Source: Lingula anatina (lineage: Eukaryota > Animalia > Brachiopoda). From it: DNA of 64,000 nucleotides. Positions 14,677 to 29,329 of the stretch are shown here, piece after piece. Each line of letters starts with the position of its first letter. The first letter of the stretch is position 1. Below the pieces are notes generated by a model. The model made no database searches. It saw only the letters and a list, made by a program, of their open reading frames with translations, and was not told the origin of the DNA. The translations under genes were made by a program, and so were the position numbers. The stretch is taken from positions 42,228,401 through 42,292,400 of the forward strand of contig CM120641.1 of the NCBI GenBank assembly GCA_051362555.1, given 5' to 3'.

Positions 14677-16101
14677 AAGCAAGAGAGCGAGAGAAAGAAA
14701 AGAGAAATTTAAAAACAAGGAGAGAAAGTGACACAGACAGACAAGGTAGATCTGACAGCAATGTGGAGATGCTAAATTTCATTGTCAGACTTTTTTTTAT
14801 ATGAAATTTATTACCTATGGGTATCATGTCATACTATGACACTGAACTCAACCAAAAGCTATCTATTACCTTTCATCAAACCCACACATAATGTACACTT
14901 GACTTATGCAACCTTATAAGTATTTTGCTACTGGCTAAAAATAACTAATATATGCTGTGAATTTTTTTTAATTTTGGCAAGTTTATAATGAGAGCATCAG
15001 GTTTAATTAATATTACTGACGCACATGCACCTGTACACATGCATCAAAATGCAAGTGCATTCACAAGCATACACGATATGTACACAGACAGAAACACAAT
15101 ATTCCTTTAAAATACAACCCCATTTCATACAAGACTGATGACTGACAGGAGGCCTAGAGTGCTCACATTAACAAGGAATCTAGCAATGGCTGATAAGAAG
15201 GTATGAAGTGACCATGATAAACACCATGAGCACAGTCAGGCATATACAGGGGGCCCAGGATGTATACACAGATAGCCAGAAGTTATGAGGGTTTATTTGG
15301 TGGGAAGACACTGCTATCCTTGCTTCCAGGTCAGCCAGAACAGCTCCAACATACAGCACAAAATATGATATGGAACTTTTTGAATATGATCACAAGGAGA
15401 GAAATTCAAATAGAAATTCCATTGCATCTGATAATCATGAGACAAAGGTTTTACATATCTATGTAAACACACAATTAGAATACAATCTAAAATACATGAT
15501 GAAAAGCTATGATAAAATATCATATCCACATATAAATGACTGGAATCATACCAAAATGACCTATTTTCCTTATTACCCAAAACAATTATAAATGTCTAAA
15601 TCTAAAACCAATGATTGGCCAATGATCACAAATGTATTTTGATTTTTACTTTTGAATTTTTCTAACCAAATTAAATCGTTCTAACACAGACCTGCCAGAC
15701 TGCTAGACTCACTCCATAGTTTGATACAATATTACAAAAACAAATTATGCAATCGATTGGTTTCAGTCACCTAACTCATTCTGGCATTAATTAAAGTCAG
15801 ACAATGTAGAATACATCTGGCATGATTATAGATATTAAGTGTAATACAGTTTAGTCGCTTAAAATGATATTAGTGCATAGCAATATCAAGCTTTATTATT
15901 GCTGATCTCTCTAAAGAGAGAAATATATCTGTTATAGTTTATAATTTCAATGTCCCTTATGAGAATAATATATTATTTTATCAATTTTATCACGTAAAGC
16001 AGATCTGATCACCTCCTAAGGTCAAACACAACTCAACACCCACCATGTACATTTGTGATATAAAGACACACATAGGGTGCACTCCCAAAGAAACTATCAG
16101 T

Positions 16102-16225
16102 CTCCGCGGGGACTCCTGCTGAATGCAATCAGTTTAAGAGATTAACATGCCTCTTGTTTACATCGTTCTCGAAGAAGCATGTTATTCTGTTTAACTGACT
16201 GCATTCAGCGAGAGTCCCTACAGAG
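16102..16225. mobile_element. Small fold-back MITE-like palindrome; a half copy lies at ~11033-11084
   Basis: It has ~50-bp imperfect inverted arms (GGGACTCCTGCTGAATGCAATCAG... / ...CTGACTGCATTCAGCGAGAGTCCC). The related GGGACTCTTGCTGAATGCAAT occurs at 11040. Confidence 0.6.
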
Positions 16226-16937
16226 TTCAATGGATCTACTAAGACCGATATTTTCAATGGGAATGAGCCCATAGAGAAGGCCTGATAACCATGGGTTACT
16301 CTCTTTCATCAGTCTGGTAAAGTTCATTTAAAAGTAAGATTGATTCAACTACTATCAAATGGAAGACTTAATTTAAGTATATCATACTTCAACACCGGAT
16401 GGTAAGATTATATTGTCTCTCCCCCCCCCCTCTCCCTAACCTGTCTTGTAATCTTAAATCACATGTTAAGGAATCTAGTATTGTGATGACGTCAGTCGCA
16501 ACCATTTCCAGTTAATTTAAGACAGCTGACAGTTTAAAACAGCATGTTGTCTCGTTATAGATAGCTGATCAAACTAGACTAGTAAAAATTAATTACTAAT
16601 ATGTATTTGCCTTCACGTAGCAATATATATCTAATAAAAGCACTACTCTGAATATTCAGTTTTGCTACCAACTTCACCTCTTTCATACGCTTTAGGCTAT
16701 GTCAGCAGTTTTAACTACATGATTTATTCATTACATTATTTATACCAATGGTGCCCCTATGGCAACTATGCCATAACCTTGAATTCTTGCTTTGATATTC
16801 AGTTCCCTGCCCATCAAGGAACATGGCTATTTTATGAGACAATTTACAATGGCTGATGTACCTGTTCATAAGGTTCTTTTTTTCAAAAGACACCATTAAG
16901 AAAAACTACCAGTGCTTGTCAGTTAAATATAACTAGA

Positions 16938-17103
16938 CAGGGGCGGATTGAGGTCGTCTTCTGGGTCTTCCAGAAGATGGTCAGATTCTTAAGTTTACAT
17001 TGACGGGTGTCTAATTTTTTCTGTTGGAAGACGGTCAGAAATGGTGGTAACTCAACAAAGATAATTTGGAACACTGTCAAAAATATCTCTGGATCCACCC
17101 CTG
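16938..17103. mobile_element. MITE with CAGGGGCGGAT TIRs (hAT-like, 5-bp TSD)
   Basis: The termini are CAGGGGCGGAT...ATCCACCCCTG and the flanks are CTAGA/CCAGA. It is homologous to the inverted copy at 18553-18721. Confidence 0.8.
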
Positions 17104-18552
17104 CCAGAGTTGAATTCAGCATAGCTAAATATATACAGAATGCTCCAGATATGTTCAAACTCTAAACTAGGTAAATTTTCTTCTTAAACAGACTTGCTTT
17201 GATTTGAAATATATATTCTAATAATAAAAAAGCCGATTTTGTAAATAATGGGTATTATGTATATACATAAAATACATTTAAAAGGGTTGGATTGTAATAC
17301 AGTGACTGTATATAGATTTATTGTAATTCTGATTATTAGCAATGGGATAATACTTGAAATCAATGGAAAGGCATAATTAGAAGAATTATACAAGATAAAA
17401 ATTACAGTTGACAACAACTGTAAAATTAAGCATACTGATAGCCATTACCAGATACACTGCAGCCTTCATAAAGACGGGTTTTTCTGTTCAAAATCTTCAC
17501 TGTAAAATTCAAAACCACCAAAGATTTACCATGCAAAATCACATGTCAAATTTCCCAACCCATCATTTATGGCTATATGTACTTTCAGATTTGTACCTTG
17601 GGCTAAATACACAGTGTCAGGACAGACTTCAGTCTCCACACAAACGCACAGGACAGGAAACTGTCAGGTGATTAAAATAATCATGGTCACGAAAAAAATT
17701 TGTAATGGCTTCATGTCATCACTCATGGGAATATTTCTAAATTATTTAATTCCAACAGACTAATAGTCAGGCCAGTTGGTTTAGGGACCTAACAAAAATG
17801 TTTCAAAAGCAAAGACTACAAGGGCCTATTCTCTCTCTCCCTCTTGCTCCCTCTCTCTCAGAGTGTGCATGTGCATGCACACAACCTTAAACTACTGAGC
17901 GTGCACCTATGTCCAGTTTCACAAAAAGACGTAGGTCAGTTCCTTGGCTTAGTTGACTAGGATTTCTATGAAAGTGCTGTAACACTGTTCCTGATAGGGT
18001 AAAATGTGTGCATGTGACCGTGTTAAGTTGGAAATTAAGTTCTTAGCCAGGGAACTTGACCTGAGTTTTTTTATTTATTTATTTATTTTTTTATTTTGTG
18101 AAACCGGGGCCTGGTACTGTATATATATATATATAAGTCCGTTCCCGAGAAAGGTCCCCATCTACATGTCTGCCAGCTTTGCCTTGCAAGCATTATATGC
18201 ACCCATATATGTCAAAGTCTTACGTGTGTCAGTGCCTGTATTATATGCTCAATCATCCTGCACAGTCATTAAACTATCAATCAAGCTATAATAACCCTGT
18301 ACATTAAGTAATATATGGACCACCTCCATCACCATTATATAATACCCAACACATCAAGGTGTCTGCGATGATAATATTGGGTAATACATTACACCTTTGG
18401 GTGACAATACCAGATTACAGACTAATAAATGACACCTGTGATTGATAAGGGCTTTCTATTCCTCTACTCACATTGGAATTTGTTCTGATAGGCAATGTTA
18501 AGAGGGGTATCTAAATGGAAAGGGATCCTAAGGCACAATCTGAAGGGAGACA

Positions 18553-18721
18553 CAGGGGCGGATCCAGAGTTATTTTCTGACAGTCTTCCAAATTATCTTT
18601 GTTGATCCATCCTCCATTTTTTGACCGTCTTCCGACAGAAATAATTAGATACCCGTCAATGTAAACTTGAAAATCTGACCGTCTTCCGGAAGACCCAGAA
18701 GACCCCCTAAATCCGCCCCTG
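18553..18721. mobile_element. MITE with CAGGGGCGGAT TIRs (hAT-like, 5-bp TSD), inverted relative to the 16938 copy
   Basis: The termini are CAGGGGCGGAT...ATCCGCCCCTG with a perfect AGACA duplication at 18548-18552 and 18722-18726. Confidence 0.85.
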
Positions 18722-20366
18722 AGACAGGACATGGTTCCCAATAAAATCTGCAGGGCCAGTGGCTAAAATATCCTTAGCTTAGAAAAAATTTCACTCCTAC
18801 AATTAAAAGTAAAATGTGCTCTTCCTTCATAATTTCCTTTAAAAGATAAGAGAATAATAAAGAAAGCTCAAGGGTTGCCTTAGGGTACAGGTATAAACAA
18901 ATCAAATGAAAAACTGCTGTTTTATCCAAAAGAAATGAAAGATATAATTCAATGAAACCCTAACCTCTTTGACCTTGATATAACACCCACTAGCTTCAAA
19001 AGTCACAAATCAATAATATGCCTATACTTCACAGCGGTGATGTTACCTCAAAGAATAAAGCACCTCATAGCCAAACTTCACATTTCACCTCACATCTATC
19101 ATCCTCTTCAAACAAAAAATAATGAAGCTTCCTCAAGTCTATCATCTTTTTCAAACAAAATACAGTAACAACAGTGAATCTGTTGTCCTAAACAAACAAA
19201 AAAATGGGGCTTATGTTCTCTAACCTCTATTCATCAGAAAACTGGGTCCTCACCCTTCAAAACGCTTCATGATATTTAAAGCGCTTTTGCCACATAGTGA
19301 TATATTAACTCCTAACGTAAATACCACAATTTATGAGTCCAACAACTCATTTAACAGAGATTGAGCCTGATTGTTAATCTTCCTATGCTGTGTCATTTAG
19401 AGAAATCTGTTATAAATTCACAAATGCTACCAAGGGCAAGTTTCTGACAACATACAGTAAATATATCTTTCTGGAAAACAAACACGAGGTCCATTAATTC
19501 ACCATTCTTTTTAGTGCACCCAGGTTTAATCACTGGAGCATATTTTCACACCATTTTGCACTAATTCAATTTTGACCAAATTCCACAGAATCATCTCGAC
19601 CCTTGCTCTGCCCTGATAGAGATTACTGATACAAAGTTTCTTTCTCAGTTTCACTGGCTTAATACTGTAAGGTTTAAGTATTCATTTCCTTGTAATGGCA
19701 AATCTATTTTGATACACTGGAGTACTGCTATCTTGTTTTTCTTGGAAACCAGTGGATAATCTGAGATTTTGAGAGCCATTTCTCAAAACAGGAAATATAT
19801 CTGGACTGGTCTGATAAAAAATCAATCACATGTTCAATTAAGGGTTAATCAAAGTCATAATGAACCAAGCTAAAGTGGTGTGTGCATGTTGGTTTTAACG
19901 AGGCGAGCCTTCCCCACACGCTCTCTGTATGGCCGCTGGAGATAAGCACCCTAACATTTACCTAGCTCTTCACATTTGGTTTAATCAATGAGAAAATCAA
20001 AGGATCCTCTTATGGCTCAGCCCAATCTTTAGATTATCCACCAGTGAAAAACTTGATGGGGAATGAAAACACTCTTCTCCAAAGATAATATGGTGGTAGC
20101 TAGTCAGCCAGAGTAAATTACCCATAAATACACTATCAAACCAAACAGTGAGCTTTCTGAAAGCTGTCACCACAAAAATGAAAAATATAGCTTGCGAGTG
20201 ATCATGATAAAATACAGCAGAAATAGAAAAAAAACAGAGCAAGTGGCTTATTATGTTAATGGTAATATAAAATGTATGGTTAAGGAATAATAAATATGCC
20301 CTAAAAGACATCAAGTTGGCAAACCTCATTTTCTGAAGAAAAAATACAATAGTACTTCTTACTTAC

Positions 20367-20444
20367 ATCACTGACAGAGACACGATGACAGAATCCACAT
20401 AAGGTGTCCACAAGTTTGAAGAAGTATCTATCCCATCTGGACAT
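20367..20444 (-). CDS. Candidate alternative first coding exon (MSRWDRYFFKLVDTLCGFCHRVSVSD, phase 0)
   Basis: It has an AAG-ATG start context, 26 open codons and a consensus donor GAT|GTAAGT in phase 0. Confidence 0.5.
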
Positions 20445-22542
20445 CTTGAAGTTTTCAGGAAAATAAATTCACATTGGTTTAAAATCCTCTCACTCCAGGA
20501 CATATATTAAAATATCTGGATTCTTCTGAATTAAAAGGCATTACAAATTCTTAGTAACTATAAGACCTTTGCCTATGTTTGCTTTTTTCATCCTAAACTG
20601 AATACGATTGGCAACGCTGAAGGTTAGTTCCAATTTCCAAGTAATACAGAAACTCTGGGGACATTGTGAGTGTCACTTTGTTTCCATGATTATTGACGAA
20701 CATCGACTGAATGCCATTGTCATCTTTGGCTTTAACTGTGCCACAAGAAGACCCATTACTAACATAATGGTCAAGCAGCGTTGCTCTTAATTACGATAAC
20801 AGCTTCCCTCCTGTGCATCCCGGACGTTTACTTTGGCAGGAATTTGTAAAATTGGCTAAGATCAATGCACAAGCACAAGAGAAATCCATACTCCAGTTAT
20901 AGGCTTGAAAAATTGATGAAGCGTACATGTTGTATTTTCTATTTTCATCTCCCGAGTTATCCTCTCTGGAATAAAACTGATACTCTCAGAGAGGATTCCA
21001 CGGGGAGAGAACATGCCTTAATTAGTGCAAACAATGCGATTAAATGGTGGTGCCATTAAGGGGGCTGCATAATGATAGCAAATGGAATGGGTTGATTAAT
21101 ACAGAAGTTTCTTTTCTTTGCTTAATGACTTGCCATAATGACAGCACTCTTGTAAACATTGAATCAAATGGGAAGCTGGCACAAGTCCAACTAATGTGTT
21201 TTTTCTGTCTGTCAATAAATGGAGTTATTTAATTTCTTGGTTCAAAGATAGTTGGATAATATTAGTGTAGGATGACAATAGCATGAAGTTTTATTCAGAA
21301 ACTGATATGGCAGAGTTTTCCAATATTATGATATGCCTGAATAACAAATAAGAAAGGCCCTTTGAATATTTAATGCAATTAAAGCAAAATTTCCATTTTA
21401 TTTATCAACTAGTTACTTTTGTGAAAGAGACAAACGATGAGATATACCTAAAGTAAAGCACAAAAAATTCTGAGTGTTGTCAAAAGATGTTCTAAAAATG
21501 GTTCACCTGTTCGACTTAATTAGCAGGCCAATTTTTTAAAAAGTGTGTGTCGAAGCCACAAAGCGTCAGTCAGATATACCATAATTAAAATATTTTTAGC
21601 AATGTTCCAGCCAACTGCAAAGAACAATTAGTTGGAACAGAAGAGAATGCTTTAAAAGATAATGTCATCAATCAAAATTAATGTGCTTTGGGTTTCAATA
21701 AAACTGATGTTTTATTACACAGAAGACATTGCCTCAGCAAAAACAACCATCAAGGAAATTGTCAGACTTATGTGGTATCTATTTGTTTTCATGACCAGAG
21801 AGCTGTGAGAAAATGCAGATTACTCTTTAGTAAGTTTTTCTTTCCAGTAGTATTTCTTTATTATGAGTGCAATTATAAGATAATGCCTATGTTTTTTTTA
21901 ATCAACCTCAAGTTGCAAGTCATTAATAATTCAATCCCTCTCAAAATTTTCAACAGATTCACCACCCTGAAAACTATACCCCAGCCTACAATTTTGCTCA
22001 CCAATCATCTCCTATATCCAGCACCTTCACAAATCCCATTTGAGCAGCCAGACATTAGCCATTATCTTGTTTATACCTACATGAACATGGCCGTCAGTGC
22101 AAGAAAAAACAAATACAGAGAGATTCAACAAGAGTGCGATAGCATTCAAGGAAATCTATTTGCAAATGGGTCCATTCCAAGTTTCAGACTATCCAAATAG
22201 CTGTCCATCTGATGAAAATTAAGTTAAAAGTTGTTTTTCTGATGGGGAAGTTGATGCTTCAAAGGTTGTGTATTCCTAGACATCAAGCATGTACAGCCTG
22301 GAGGAAAACATAAGATGATTTTTTTGTCAGATTTGCAAGAAAAATATGCTGGGGAGTAACCCCCCCCCCAATATCATCCATTTTCAAATTCTGCTATATA
22401 TACTTTTTGTCATAGGGACAAGGTGCAAAACTTATCATATATTTTAATTTTCCCTTTATGAGAAATTTGGCTGAAAATGTGCTCTCAATTTTGAAACTGG
22501 AGATAAAGGGAGATAAATACAACCTTTAATGTTCCTCTATAA

Positions 22543-22544
<2 letters not shown>

Positions 22545-22606
<62 letters not shown>
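22545..22606. repeat. (TTA)n microsatellite
   Basis: Read directly from the sequence. Confidence 0.95.
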
Positions 22607-22966
22607 GATAAACATTTTGGATTTTAATACCAACACCAACATAACGTTTCTTTTGCCAGGAACAAAGATATATATAGAAGACTGGCATCTTCATTCTGTT
22701 AACCTCAAAAGTATCAAGCCTTAGGAACTGTCTCTTCCATTATAACAGATGTTGCAGCTTTTAAAGGACCCACGTTAGTAGGTGGAAGAGATGCAGCGCT
22801 TCTAATTGCTGCCAGACAGCATCAAATAAATAGTCCTTTAATCTTGACAAATGACCAGCTGTGTATTAACAGGGTTAAGGCAGAGACAGTCAGCAGGATA
22901 GAAGTGCTCTGGGACAAAGGCAATAGATATCAACACCTGCGGCTGACCTGTGTACACTGTCCCGGG

Positions 22967-22968
<2 letters not shown>

Positions 22969-23018
<50 letters not shown>
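22969..23018. repeat. (TG)n microsatellite
   Basis: Read directly from the sequence. Confidence 0.95.
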
Positions 23019-23022
<4 letters not shown>

Positions 23023-26000
23023 CGTGCGTTTGTGCGCACCTGCATGCATGTGTATGTGTGTGTGGTGAGAGGCCTCTGGTTATACGTTTTACTCTAGAGA
23101 GGACATTTAATATACTAATATTGCACAGTAATTAGATATCAGCATCAATTAAACAATACTTAAGACATTGCCACATGCACATTTGTAATTATGTGAAGAA
23201 TTTTTCAAATGATGCTCTCAGTGTATGCGTATGTACATGCATGCGTGTGCATGTGTTATTTGGTCTTTTTGGTGTGTGCAAGTACATGAGTTAGACAAAT
23301 GAAATATATCATACATGAACATAAAAAGAATTAACAAAGAAAAATTGCCTAAGCCATTCCAATACAACATAATAACATATTCCACAAATGCCATAAAAAT
23401 GTAGATTGCAAGCCAGTTCAGAATGCACGTCTACATTTATCACTCAGATCAAAGTATACTACTCCCAAGGTTCTACAGCAAGATATGCAGGAACATGAAA
23501 AGTAACACCATGGGGAAAAATCAATAAAGGGAACTGATGGCTCATGATAATAATCCCAAGTCACTTTTCTTCATGATTGATTACGTAACAAAGACAATTT
23601 CTCCCTCTTGTCTGCTCTTGAGTAATAACTCATTTTGGTAAACTCTATTAGGTACCAGTCCATAGTTTTCTTTTGATTAAAACTGAATGCTATTAATTTC
23701 CTGATGTTTTAAATAAATATGTAAAAGGAAATGACATTTCTGGTTTTGTTAATTATTGTCCTTCTTTTTCTTGACACTTTAGGATAAAGAAAGTAACACA
23801 TAAACAGTTATTTAAGAAAAATAACAATCATTAAATGTAAGCTAAAATTTTTCACTTTAAAAACAAAAAGACTGCAAAGTAAAATAAGAAAAAACTTTAT
23901 TTTTACGATAATGAACTAAAAATTGAGTTCCATGTTTGAATGTATTTGAAATCCTCTTTGTTATTTCATTTAATTTGCAATCACAACTGAGACTCATAAT
24001 GTACTGAAAATGTGTCACAATGTGAAAATTACGCAGTGATAAAAAATACAAGGAACACATACATAGGAGCACATTATACTTTGATCATGTTAAGCCGGAA
24101 GTTGATAGTAATAACTTTTTTTTCCGTCATGTCATAGGTTCACAAAGATTAATATCATGATGTTAGAAAATGTTGACAAGGACACTCAAAAACTCCTGAC
24201 TCAGAATTTATCTGAAGTGGTAGAATCCTGAACTGCTTGGATACTTATCTCTAACCTCCCACACATTAAAAAAATCCCATTTAGAGCTAAGATTTTATTT
24301 TAACAGGAAAATAATTAATGAGAACTTCAACAGTTGGTGTTAAATTGAGTGAAATATTTTATTCAATGAAAGGAGGGGGAAGAAGAGTGGAAAGATAAAC
24401 TGGGGAATTCTACCTTTGAAGAGTTAAAACTGGTCTTAAATCAAAGCATAAATGGCCAGGAAGACATAACTTAAAAATAATCCCCAAATTCTTAAAAGAT
24501 AGCATCTGGTCAGTCTGAAGTTCAACACCAGTTCTAAGCTATAAATGACAGTTTTTTCTGGAGTCTTCTATTAGAAATATGTCTTAAGTCCTAATATCAA
24601 GGTACCTACTAACCTTATCCATTTCAGTAGAAATGTCTTATTTAATCAACATATTATTTAGGCTATCCTGTCAATTCCAGTCAGCCACTTTTGAACTCTA
24701 AGACTCACTGTCACTTCAAACCTTGTCAATTCTAACAATTTTCAAACAATTCCAACAAAGGATATAATTCATAACACAGTCTTGCAAATTTCAGCAGCAG
24801 AGTCGATTTAATATCTAGTAGAAAGCTGCATTTCTGTTATGCCTTTTAAGTACAACCCTAATGACGAGCACTCTTCCTGCACGGAGGAATGTGGCACATA
24901 AAGCTAAGCACATCGTGAGTCCCAGAGCTTCATCCCAGCACTGCTAATGAATTCTATCCGTTGAGAATACCTGGTAACCAAACACCCAAGTTTAAGAGGG
25001 CAATTAATTGAGCACAAAAGTACGCAAGGGCAGTCAACAATAATTTCTGCATTAAGGCAAAAAATTCTTCAGTAAAAGAATCTTCAGGTAGTTCAACAGA
25101 TCTATTATTCTGGTGTGAAAAGATTTACTCAAGACTTGCAATAAATGAAATCAGACTTTCACCCCTAGGGTCTCCCCCCTCCCCCATTAAACATGCCTTC
25201 TCACCCAAAACACACACAAAAAAAATTCACTCATCGATGTTTCAGTTGATTCAGCAATTCTGCCAGCCTCTTCAGTTTGAGCTTTCTTGTCATTTCTCTT
25301 AAATCGTTAATTTCCAAACCCTGTCAGCTTTAGATACCTGACCACTGAATTGGCAACAAAAACATCTTTCTTAGTTGTAGGCCTGGTGCAACTTATGCTG
25401 GATAGCAAATGAAATTTGCTGATCCATCCATGACTTGGCAACACAGATATCTCTCTTCATGGATGTACTTAAGCATCAACAATGTTTTGCCAATGGCTAT
25501 AAAAAATTTCATTTTGGTTTAAGTTTGAGAAATATTTTATCCTTTCACCTATGCATCATCCAATCATTTGACTGGCACTATCTAATTGAATGGAACAAAT
25601 CCCATGGCAGAATGACCTCAATATTACAGTGATAAATCTTAATTTAAACGAACAGAACTAAAAAAGAACATTTCTGAAAAGATCCTGCTCCCAGGGGAGC
25701 CATAAGGACCAAGGGGACATTCAGCACGGTTTTAACTAAAACTGTTGTAGCCTAACCAAAGAAAGTACTCAAATGTTTTAAAATTGCACATTCCTTCTAT
25801 ATAATGTCACAGTTAGTTGTTTTGTACAATGAACGAAAGGAGTGGTTATCAGAGGTATGACAACAGAGTGGTTCCTATGGGCCATGGTACTATAGCGCTC
25901 CAGTCTACCACATATGCCAGAGCTTACAAACCATCTGCTAAACTGAGCAAGTCATAAAACAGTTCTAATTAACTTTGTGCTGGATGCTCCCAAAGCGAAA

Positions 26001-28547
26001 GGGCAGGCAACGTACAAATCTCTCCCTGAATGAAAAACGTAGAACACACACCCATAGGGTGTCTCCTCCATGGTGCTGAAGATTGGAGATGACAAAGAAA
26101 ACTGAAGGTTGTTTTCTCTCCCCACTGGAGACCTCAGTTTGGAGGGGTGGGTCACTGGGTCAGTCAGTTTTCACAAACTGAGGACAGAACAAAAAGGGAA
26201 GAGATTCTTAAAATATTAAACTTGCTGCTGAATATTTCTGAAATTCAAGATCCACCTTTTCCCCGTAATCACTGCAGCAAGATTAAAACACGAGAAGACT
26301 GATATCAAACTAGTTCTTGAAGATACATGTGTTATTCAAATATGATAATCATTCTGTTACAACCAGAAACAGAAGAGAAAAGGAAAAGACTGAAAAAGTA
26401 TTTGACTCACTCGAGCAGATATATGTAATTTGAGCCAATCCTTTACTCTGTAACCAACCAATTTCCTTCCCTAATTGAAATATGCAATTTAATTCCATCT
26501 CCTTTCAACACTGGCCTGATTTCAACAGAGGCTAAACAACTTCCTTTCCAAATGTGTTTTTTACCAAACAATGCAATGGATACTTTACTAAGGAATGTTG
26601 CGATCAGCTATTTCATTGAAGGGGTCAGTGGAAATGGATGGTCTCCTTAGTCCCCCCAAGAGAGGATTAAGTCTAAATGCTGACTTGCATTACAAGTAAT
26701 TGTTGGCTCCAACCACTTCCTAATAGCATATATATACACACTGTGATTTAAATATATAAAAAAAAACAAATGTAAAGTCATCAAAACTTATAAATCATGT
26801 GTTTATTTTATTTAACCTATTTAACCCTCTCCTTTGCACCTGCATAGGACCAAGAAATGGATTGGTTTTTCCGATGCATGTTTTGTTAAACATAGAAGTA
26901 TAACATACACATTCTCTAACAAGTTAATTAATTACTGTTGACAATGCTTTTAGTGAAAATTAAGTGAGGGATCAATTAAATTTAAAGGTATGGTATACAG
27001 AGCTTACATAACATCAATGACTATCACTAATAATGCATTACAAAGAGACCTGAAGATAATGAACTGACAGTTATGGGCCTAACATGGTATAATCTCAACA
27101 TTTTCCAGGTGTGAAAGTCATAAATTAAAAGTTGAAAGAGTGGAATTTGTAAATATGTTACTGGTACCAGTGCCACATTGGTTGTCAATCACAAGGACTG
27201 AGAAAGTTGGCTGAAGTTTGGCAATTATAACATCGTGTCACATTTGACAACGATATTTCCATCAGCTGGTCACAAATACTAACAAACATCCATAAACCAT
27301 ACCTTCTATCATGAATATCCATAAAATATGTACAACACTGGAGCACATCTCAGGTTAAAGGGATTTTTTCTTAGATTGTTTCTTCTCTCTTGTTTTTAAT
27401 TTTTTTCTTTTTTTTTTACACATCACATATTCCAACCCCAACCCTCCCATGCCTAGGAGCCTATCAAAATCATATTACTGAAAGAAACAACTAAGCATAA
27501 AAACCTGAAAACTGAAGCAGGTACAGTCCAAAATGTGTAGAAAGCATGTACATGCGTGCATGTATGTGTACAGCTGGTAATTCTGATTGTATACACCACT
27601 TCTTCCCCATCACTGTCATAATCAGGTTACCAGCCATGACATGAGAGCTTGCCATATGTCTGCATGGTTATGTCAAGTAGCAAACATGTACATGTGCCAA
27701 GGAGCAGACCTTTTTCTATTTTTCACCTCTTGAATTGATCTCCCAGATCTTCACCAATACAAATTAAAACAAAAAATGAAAATCTATAAGAGCTGTTCTG
27801 TCACAGATTAGAATGTTTCATTTAGCATAGGCGTACACATATTATATGACAAACATCGTAAAACCTACCAATAAAATGGATATAAATAAAAATGAATTTT
27901 AAATACCCCAAAGAAGGGGTGGGGTGAGGTGTATTACAGGTCCTTTATACCTTTGTACCTTATTAACTAATGTGAAGGTATGTACAGTCACATACACCTC
28001 AAATTGTAATTGATTCTTAAAGCACTTCAATAACCAAATGCATTTCAGCAGAGCTGGAGTAAATCAGGCTAAATTGAAACAAATTTCCACACTGGAAATC
28101 AGTCAGGAATGATCTACAAGCACTAAATGCACTCTGCTGCCTCAAGTATGTGCCCCAAGTCACCCCCCATTATTGAGAAATCTCAAGTCAGCACTCAGCC
28201 AAGTTGATAGTCTTACAGCAGTGAGCTTCCATAAGTGCGATACAATATTTTCCTACATATTTCAGCTTATTCTACATGTTTACAAATTGTACAACCTATC
28301 AATTAACCCCCTTAATTCTCAGACAGGTATCATATGTTTATGTGTATTCTAATAATTAAAAGAAACAACAAAACCAAAGGTGCCATATGTTGGTCATTTG
28401 GAAAATCCTTAACCAGCACCTTTATATATTAATTTCAGCATTTCTCATTCTATCATAAGACCTAATTTTTTTCACTTGCTCATTTGATTCATTATAAGCA
28501 TGATTAAACTCAATGTACAAAACAATGCACATGCCCCAAGTACTCAC

Positions 28548-28655
28548 ATAGACACCAAGAGGCCAGGATATTTCCCTACAAATCGGGCGTCCGTACGTGT
28601 AGTAATATCCATACTTTCCTCGTGGCCGGGCAGAACAGCAGTTGACGCACTTCAT
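28548..28655 (-). CDS. Candidate alternative first coding exon (MKCVNCCSARPRGKYGYYYTYGRPICREISWPLGVY, phase 0)
   Basis: It has 36 open codons ending TAT|GTGAGT and sits in a locally CpG-rich islet within a CpG-poor intron. Confidence 0.55.
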
Positions 28656-29311
28656 CGTTCATTATTCCGTTGTTGAGACAGCCCCCTAGCTATTATAATC
28701 CATGGGTTTCACCCCTAAGATGTTGGTCCTTTCCATTTGTATGAACAGAGAAGATATCCATTCCTCAGATAAGAATATGAAATCACAGTTCTTCTTTCTC
28801 TTTTGATATTATAGGTTCTTTCCCATCCAAGAGATATAAAATACTAGCATTCCTTTCGCTCTCAATGCAACATATCCCTCATCCTGTTTCTAAGTACAAA
28901 ATCACTGCACCTCTTATTCAAGGATAATCCCTGGTGAATTAAAGAACACCACATTCCCTCTCAATGTCAGATAGCATATTATCCTTGCAAAGTATGAAAT
29001 TGCCACACTCACTTCATTTTTAATGGAAACTATATTCCAGAGTGTTTTAAATACTCACCACCCTCCCTTAAATTGTGTTATAAATTTTCAAAACAAACTG
29101 CATATCCAGTCCATAACCCATGTAACGTTCTTTCGCTCCCTAACTTCCCTTACTCCAGTCCAAAACTACAATAACTCCATGCGGTGTGTGTCACCACTAG
29201 AAATACTACAAACTGCCCCAGGCAAGCGTTCCAGTCAACTCTGTTGTCACTCTGTGGTCAGATTGGTGGTCAACACAGAAACTGGCCTATAGTGGTCAAG
29301 CCGAGTCTCAC

Positions 29312-29329
29312 CAGGTCAACGCTGGCCAT
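29312..29329 (-). CDS. Candidate alternative first coding exon (MASVDL, phase 0)
   Basis: It reads ATG GCC AGC GTT GAC CTG|GTGAGA in a GC-rich patch. It is very short. Confidence 0.35.

Noticed and set aside
14543-23135. ORFs rich in CV, TH or RE dipeptides
   Set aside because: They are translations of (TG)n and (AG)n microsatellites.
25952-26178. Exon-like segment MEETPYGCVFYVFHSGRD with a GTACGT donor
   Set aside because: The donor is in phase 2 and all frames stop just after the upstream acceptor. No homology was recognised.
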